DNA of 40,003 nucleotides from an uncultured Clostridia bacterium (GTDB lineage: Bacteria; Bacillota; Clostridia; Christensenellales; UBA1242), in the NCBI GenBank assembly GCA_949878595.1, contig CATLBG010000002.1, positions 1 through 40,003 of the forward strand. Reading direction: 5' to 3'. Positions within the stretch are counted from its first letter, which is position 1; every line of letters starts with the position of its first letter. Shown piece by piece: positions 35,938 through 40,003 of this stretch. The notes beneath the pieces are model-generated. The model worked only from the letters and a program-made list of their open reading frames with translations, had not been told where the DNA came from and searched no databases. The translations under genes and the position numbers were made by a program.

Positions 35938-36621
35938 ATGACAAATGAGAATGAATTTTTAAATTCAAGAACCACAACAGAGTCTCAAAGAGAAACAGTC
36001 AGCCAAGGCTATGTAGCCCCAAGCACATATATTTCTCCTGAGCAAAAGCAAAGTGAAAATTTTGATTATTCAGATGATTATTCAGTTGCACAAAATTTCA
36101 CTGAAGAAACAGGTTATCAAACAAAAAATGCTACAGAATTGAATTCTGAACAAACTGAGCAGGTAAGTTATGATAGAATTTATGCTCCAGTAATTATCAG
36201 AAAAAAAGAAGAAAAGAACGAACAAGAAGTTGTTTCGCTTACAAAAACAAAAGAAGTCATTCATTTAACAGGTAGACTTAAAATTGCTTTTGCCATGTTT
36301 TTGGTAATAATGGCATCACTAATTGCAGTTATTGCATTCAATTTTTCAGCAGCAAGCAGAATAAATGGGTCACTTGCTTCCAAACAGCAGAGAATTAATG
36401 AACTTCAACTTAGCATAACAGAACTTACTGATAAATATAATTTAGTAAGTAGTGATGGATATTTGCAAGATTTTGCTGAAAAAGCAAACTTTGTTGTGGC
36501 AGATGAATCAAACACTGTTGTAATAACAATGAATGAGATGTATACAAGAGAATCTGTCCAAGAAGTTCCATCAAACTGGTTTAATGATGTTTGTGAATTC
36601 TTCTCTAAGCTTTTTGGCTAG
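35938..36621 (+). CDS. ftsL: FtsL-like bitopic cell-division protein with a long N-terminal cytoplasmic extension (227 aa)
   Basis: It lies between rsmH and the class B PBP. It has a single TM helix (IAFAMFLVIMASLIAVIAFNF) followed by a short coiled-coil-like stretch (QQRINELQLSITELTDKYN). There is no sequence-level family signature beyond this. Confidence 0.55.
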   Translation: MTNENEFLNSRTTTESQRETVSQGYVAPSTYISPEQKQSENFDYSDDYSVAQNFTEETGYQTKNATELNSEQTEQVSYDRIYAPVIIRKKEEKNEQEVVSLTKTKEVIHLTGRLKIAFAMFLVIMASLIAVIAFNFSAASRINGSLASKQQRINELQLSITELTDKYNLVSSDGYLQDFAEKANFVVADESNTVVITMNEMYTRESVQEVPSNWFNDVCEFFSKLFG

Positions 36622-36670
36622 ATAGGCTTCCAAACAAATACAAAAGATTTTGTAGATGTTTGGAGCAGAG

Positions 36671-38569
36671 ATGGCAATAAAATATAGTTCATATTCAATG
36701 ATAAAAAGGTTACTTGCATTAACGATGCTTGTAGCCTTTTTTGCGTGCATAATAATTTTTCGTATTTTTTATTTGCAAATTATTGGCGGCTATAGTTTGG
36801 TTAAAGAAGGTTTAACGGAGTGGTTGAGAGATCTTCCACTAATTGCCGCAAGAGGAGAAATAACAGACAGAAACGGAGTTGTGCTTGCTTCAAGTCACAC
36901 AACATATGATGTTTATATTCGTCCAGCAGATGTAACAGATGAAGAAGGGACGGCAAAATTACTTTCAGATGTTTTGGAAAAAGATTATGAAGAGACTTAT
37001 GAAAAAGTGACCAAAAAGGGTTTGAGTGAAATTAAAATTGCTACAGATATAGAGAAGGAAGATGTTCAAAAAATTTTAAAAGACTTCAAATCTGGAATAT
37101 TCTTCACCACTGATACAGTCAGGAACTATAACTATGATTCAATGCTTTGTCAAATTTTGGGTTTTGTTGGTGCAGATAATGCAGGTCAAACAGGTTTAGA
37201 GGCTTTCTATAACACTTATTTGGCTGGTTCAGATGGTGTATGTTTAGTTGAAGCAGATTTAAAGGGTACAACTTTAAACAATTCTTTAACATATTTTGAA
37301 AATCCAATAAATGGTTTAAATTTAAAGTTGACAGTAGATTTTAAAATTCAAAATGCGGTCGAAGAAAGCCTTGCTAAGGCAATGATTGAGACTGGAGCAA
37401 AGTCTGCAACTGCACTTGTTACAGACCCAAAAACAGGTGAAATTTTAGCCATTTCAACGCTTCCATCTTATGATTTAAACAATATACCAAGAGATGATAT
37501 GTCGATTTTAAATAGTCTTTCTAGGGCAACTGCAATAGTAGATACTTATGAGCCAGGGTCAACTTTCAAGGCAATAGTGACTGCAATTGCACTAGAAGAG
37601 GGATTAACCTCAGAACATAATTATTTTTACTGTCCAGGCTATAGAATAATAAACGGTGTGCAAATAAATTGTGCAAGGCGTAGCGGACATGGCAGCCAGT
37701 CACTTGAGCAGGGGCTTATGAATAGTTGCAACTGTGTGTTTATGGATTTAATTGCAAGAATTGGTGTGGAAAAATTTTATAATTATCTAGATAAAATGGG
37801 GTTTACTAGTTCACTTGGCATAGATTTTCCAGGCGAAACATCTGCAGTTTTAATGCCATTAAAATCCGTTACAGCTCCAGATCTTGCCAGAATGGGTTTT
37901 GGTCAAACCATAGCAATTTCAGCACTTCAAATGACAGCTGGGTTCAATGCAGTTATTAATGGTGGAAATATGCTTCAACCATATCTTTTAAAAGCTATTT
38001 CAACTGAAACAGGAAAGGAAGTTTATAGCAGATCAACCACACAAATAAGTAAGCTTTTCAGTGAACAGACAAGCAATGCCATGAGAAAAATGCTTTTCTC
38101 AGTTGTTGACAAGGGCGGCGGAAAATATGCTAAGGTAGATGGTTATCAGATTGGCGGAAAAACTGGAACAGCTCAAAAGTATGAAAATGGAGCAATAGCA
38201 CAGGGTAAATATATTGCATCATTTATAGGTTTCGCACCATATGATGACCCAGAATATTCAGTTTATGTTGTTATAGATGAGCCTAAAGGAGCTTATTATG
38301 GCGGAGTTGTTGCAGCACCTGTTGCAGCAGAAATTTTTTCAAAGATATTCACAATAAAAAACGTTGCAAATAGTGGAAACTTTGAAACAGAAGAAAAAAC
38401 AATTGAGCTTCCAACATTCATTGGAATGACGATTTCTGAAGCAGGTTCAGAGATTGCAAAACTTGGTCTTCAATATTTAGTTCAGGGTGACGGCGACTAT
38501 GTAACAGGTCAAATAGCGGCTCCAGGGACAATGGTTGGAAAGAATGATATTGTTTTATTAATTTTCTAA
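36671..38569 (+). CDS. ftsI: Class B penicillin-binding protein (FtsI/PBP2B/SpoVD type) with one C-terminal PASTA domain
   Basis: SxxK (GSTFK), SxN (SCN) and KTG (KTGTA) motifs in order, with an N-terminal TM anchor. A PASTA-like segment, IELPTFIGMTISEAGSEIAKLGL, lies at the C-terminus. I prefer ATG 36671 as the start because GGAG lies 5 nt upstream; the track start 36656 has no SD. Confidence 0.9.
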   Translation: MAIKYSSYSMIKRLLALTMLVAFFACIIIFRIFYLQIIGGYSLVKEGLTEWLRDLPLIAARGEITDRNGVVLASSHTTYDVYIRPADVTDEEGTAKLLSDVLEKDYEETYEKVTKKGLSEIKIATDIEKEDVQKILKDFKSGIFFTTDTVRNYNYDSMLCQILGFVGADNAGQTGLEAFYNTYLAGSDGVCLVEADLKGTTLNNSLTYFENPINGLNLKLTVDFKIQNAVEESLAKAMIETGAKSATALVTDPKTGEILAISTLPSYDLNNIPRDDMSILNSLSRATAIVDTYEPGSTFKAIVTAIALEEGLTSEHNYFYCPGYRIINGVQINCARRSGHGSQSLEQGLMNSCNCVFMDLIARIGVEKFYNYLDKMGFTSSLGIDFPGETSAVLMPLKSVTAPDLARMGFGQTIAISALQMTAGFNAVINGGNMLQPYLLKAISTETGKEVYSRSTTQISKLFSEQTSNAMRKMLFSVVDKGGGKYAKVDGYQIGGKTGTAQKYENGAIAQGKYIASFIGFAPYDDPEYSVYVVIDEPKGAYYGGVVAAPVAAEIFSKIFTIKNVANSGNFETEEKTIELPTFIGMTISEAGSEIAKLGLQYLVQGDGDYVTGQIAAPGTMVGKNDIVLLIF

Positions 38570-38580
38570 TGGAGTTAAAA

Positions 38581-40003
38581 ATGAAATTATTTTCTTTAAT
38601 AAAAAATTTAAATTGTAGAGTTCTAGGAAACACGGTTCTTGAAATCAGTGGACTCTATCATCAAGACACAGAAGTTAAAGAGGGTGGACTATTTTTCTGT
38701 CTTCGTGGGACAAGAGTAGATGGAACTAACTTTGTAAAAAGTGCAGTCAAAAATGGTGCCGTTGCGATAGTTAGTGAAAGTGAGCTTTCTATATCTCTTG
38801 GAGTAACCCAAATTATAGTTAAAAATGCAAGAGAATTTATGAGTTTGCTTGCATGCAGATTTTATGGTAATCCTGCAGATAAATTAAAAATCATTGGAGT
38901 TACTGGAACAAATGGTAAGACAACAGTAACAAATTTAATTGCAAATTCTCTTAAATTTCTTGGCTCTAAATGTGCAGTTATTGGAACAAATGGTGTGTGT
39001 TTTAATGGCAAAACTTATGACAGTGGCATGACAACTCCAGATCCAATTGAACTTCAAAAATATTTCAGTTCAATTGCAAAAAGCAAAATTGAATATGTTT
39101 GCATGGAGGTCTCAGCTCATGCTATAGATTTATATAAAATTGCAGGTTTTAGATTTAACTTGGTCATCTTTACAAATTTAACAGAAGACCATCTAGATTA
39201 TTTTAAAACTATGGAAAATTACTTTAGAGCAAAGGAAAAATTGTTTTCTAAAAAGTTTTCAGATTTTGCAATAATAAACGCTGATGATGAGTATGGTAAA
39301 AGATTACTAGATAGTATAAATTTATCAAAACTTTCATACGCTATAAATAGTGAAGCTGATATTATTGCAACTGAAATTAAAGCTTGTGGAGAAAAACAAA
39401 TCTTTAATGTGAGTGGCAAAAAATATGAACTTTCACTTCTTGGTAGATTTAATATTTATAATACACTTGCTTGCATTTTGGCTCTTCAAAAACTTGAGTT
39501 TAATGCTGAAGAAATTATTTTGGCAATAAAAAATCTTCAGCCTGTTGCTGGAAGATTCAATACCTATATGGTTAATGGAACCACAGTTGTTATTGACTAT
39601 GCTCACACTCCTGATGGTTTGAAAAATGTTTTGACATCTTGCAGAGAACTTGCAGACAATAAAAAGGTTATTTCAGTTTTTGGTTGCGGTGGAAATAGAG
39701 AAACGCAAAAACGAGAAATTATGGGTGAAATTTCAGCAAAAAATGCTGATTTAACCATTATTACTAGTGATAATCCAAGATTTGAGTCTAGAGAAAAGAT
39801 TGCAAGAGATATTGAAAAGGGTATAAATGGCGGCAGTTATATAATAATTCTTGATAGAAGTGAAGCTATAAAAAGAGCATTAGAGTTTGCAGAAGATGGA
39901 GATGTTGTTCTCATTGCTGGCAAAGGAGCAGAACCTTATATTGATGAAAATGGAATAAAAATTCCTTATAGTGATAAAGCAGAAATTGAAAAGTATAGGA
40001 GAT
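38581..40003 (+). CDS. murE: UDP-N-acetylmuramoyl-L-alanyl-D-glutamate--2,6-diaminopimelate ligase, 3' end cut by the window
   Basis: My own translation from ATG 38581 (GGAG at 38572-38575) stays open to the window end; the gene is absent from the ORF track because it has no stop. Motifs: GVTGTNGKTT, MEVSAHA, FTNLTEDHLDYF, DYAHTPDGL, FGCGGNRE and TSDNPR. Confidence 0.92.
   Translation, partial: MKLFSLIKNLNCRVLGNTVLEISGLYHQDTEVKEGGLFFCLRGTRVDGTNFVKSAVKNGAVAIVSESELSISLGVTQIIVKNAREFMSLLACRFYGNPADKLKIIGVTGTNGKTTVTNLIANSLKFLGSKCAVIGTNGVCFNGKTYDSGMTTPDPIELQKYFSSIAKSKIEYVCMEVSAHAIDLYKIAGFRFNLVIFTNLTEDHLDYFKTMENYFRAKEKLFSKKFSDFAIINADDEYGKRLLDSINLSKLSYAINSEADIIATEIKACGEKQIFNVSGKKYELSLLGRFNIYNTLACILALQKLEFNAEEIILAIKNLQPVAGRFNTYMVNGTTVVIDYAHTPDGLKNVLTSCRELADNKKVISVFGCGGNRETQKREIMGEISAKNADLTIITSDNPRFESREKIARDIEKGINGGSYIIILDRSEAIKRALEFAEDGDVVLIAGKGAEPYIDENGIKIPYSDKAEIEKYRR

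Noticed and set aside
1-40003. Scan for CRISPR arrays, tRNA/rRNA genes, IS elements, long DNA-level direct or inverted repeats, and riboswitch-like leaders.
   Set aside because: I saw no regularly spaced repeats, cloverleaf-like segments or transposase-like ORFs. Intergenic regions are short and are accounted for by promoters, terminators and the operator-like repeats listed above. This was a visual scan only, so small ncRNAs cannot be excluded.

Overview
AT-rich (about one-third G+C by eye, not computed) chromosomal segment from a cell-walled, low-GC Bacillota-type bacterium using the standard genetic code. Nearly everything is on the + strand, and the window splits into two parts. (1) nt 1-26720 is a tightly packed five-gene operon encoding proteins of 2164, 1040, 895, 3669 and 1027 aa. 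Only the 895-aa product is recognisable: a VirB4/TrsE-family type IV secretion ATPase with a PrgI/VirB3-like membrane hairpin fused to its N-terminus. The 2164-, 3669- and 1027-aa products are paralogues. They share an N-terminal 3-TM module, two conserved ectodomain motifs, a C-terminal multi-TM module and a basic tail. They differ by insertions of roughly 1000 aa and 2900 aa placed at different points of that scaffold. The 1040-aa product is a soluble K/E-rich, coiled-coil-looking protein. No relaxase, coupling ATPase, integrase, cell-wall hydrolase or replication gene is visible, the operon ends at one strong terminator directly before lspA, and the left edge is cut by the window. I consider this a candidate undescribed T4SS-derived envelope machine, or a highly atypical conjugation module. 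(2) nt 26744-40003 is ordinary housekeeping: lspA-rluD, two small membrane proteins, tig-clpP-clpX, engB, a metallophosphoesterase, a divergent TM2-domain/XRE pair, and the dcw cluster mraZ-rsmH-ftsL-like-classB PBP-murE (murE runs off the window end). I saw no tRNA, rRNA, CRISPR array or IS/transposase. All functional calls rest on motif recognition by eye; no database search was possible.
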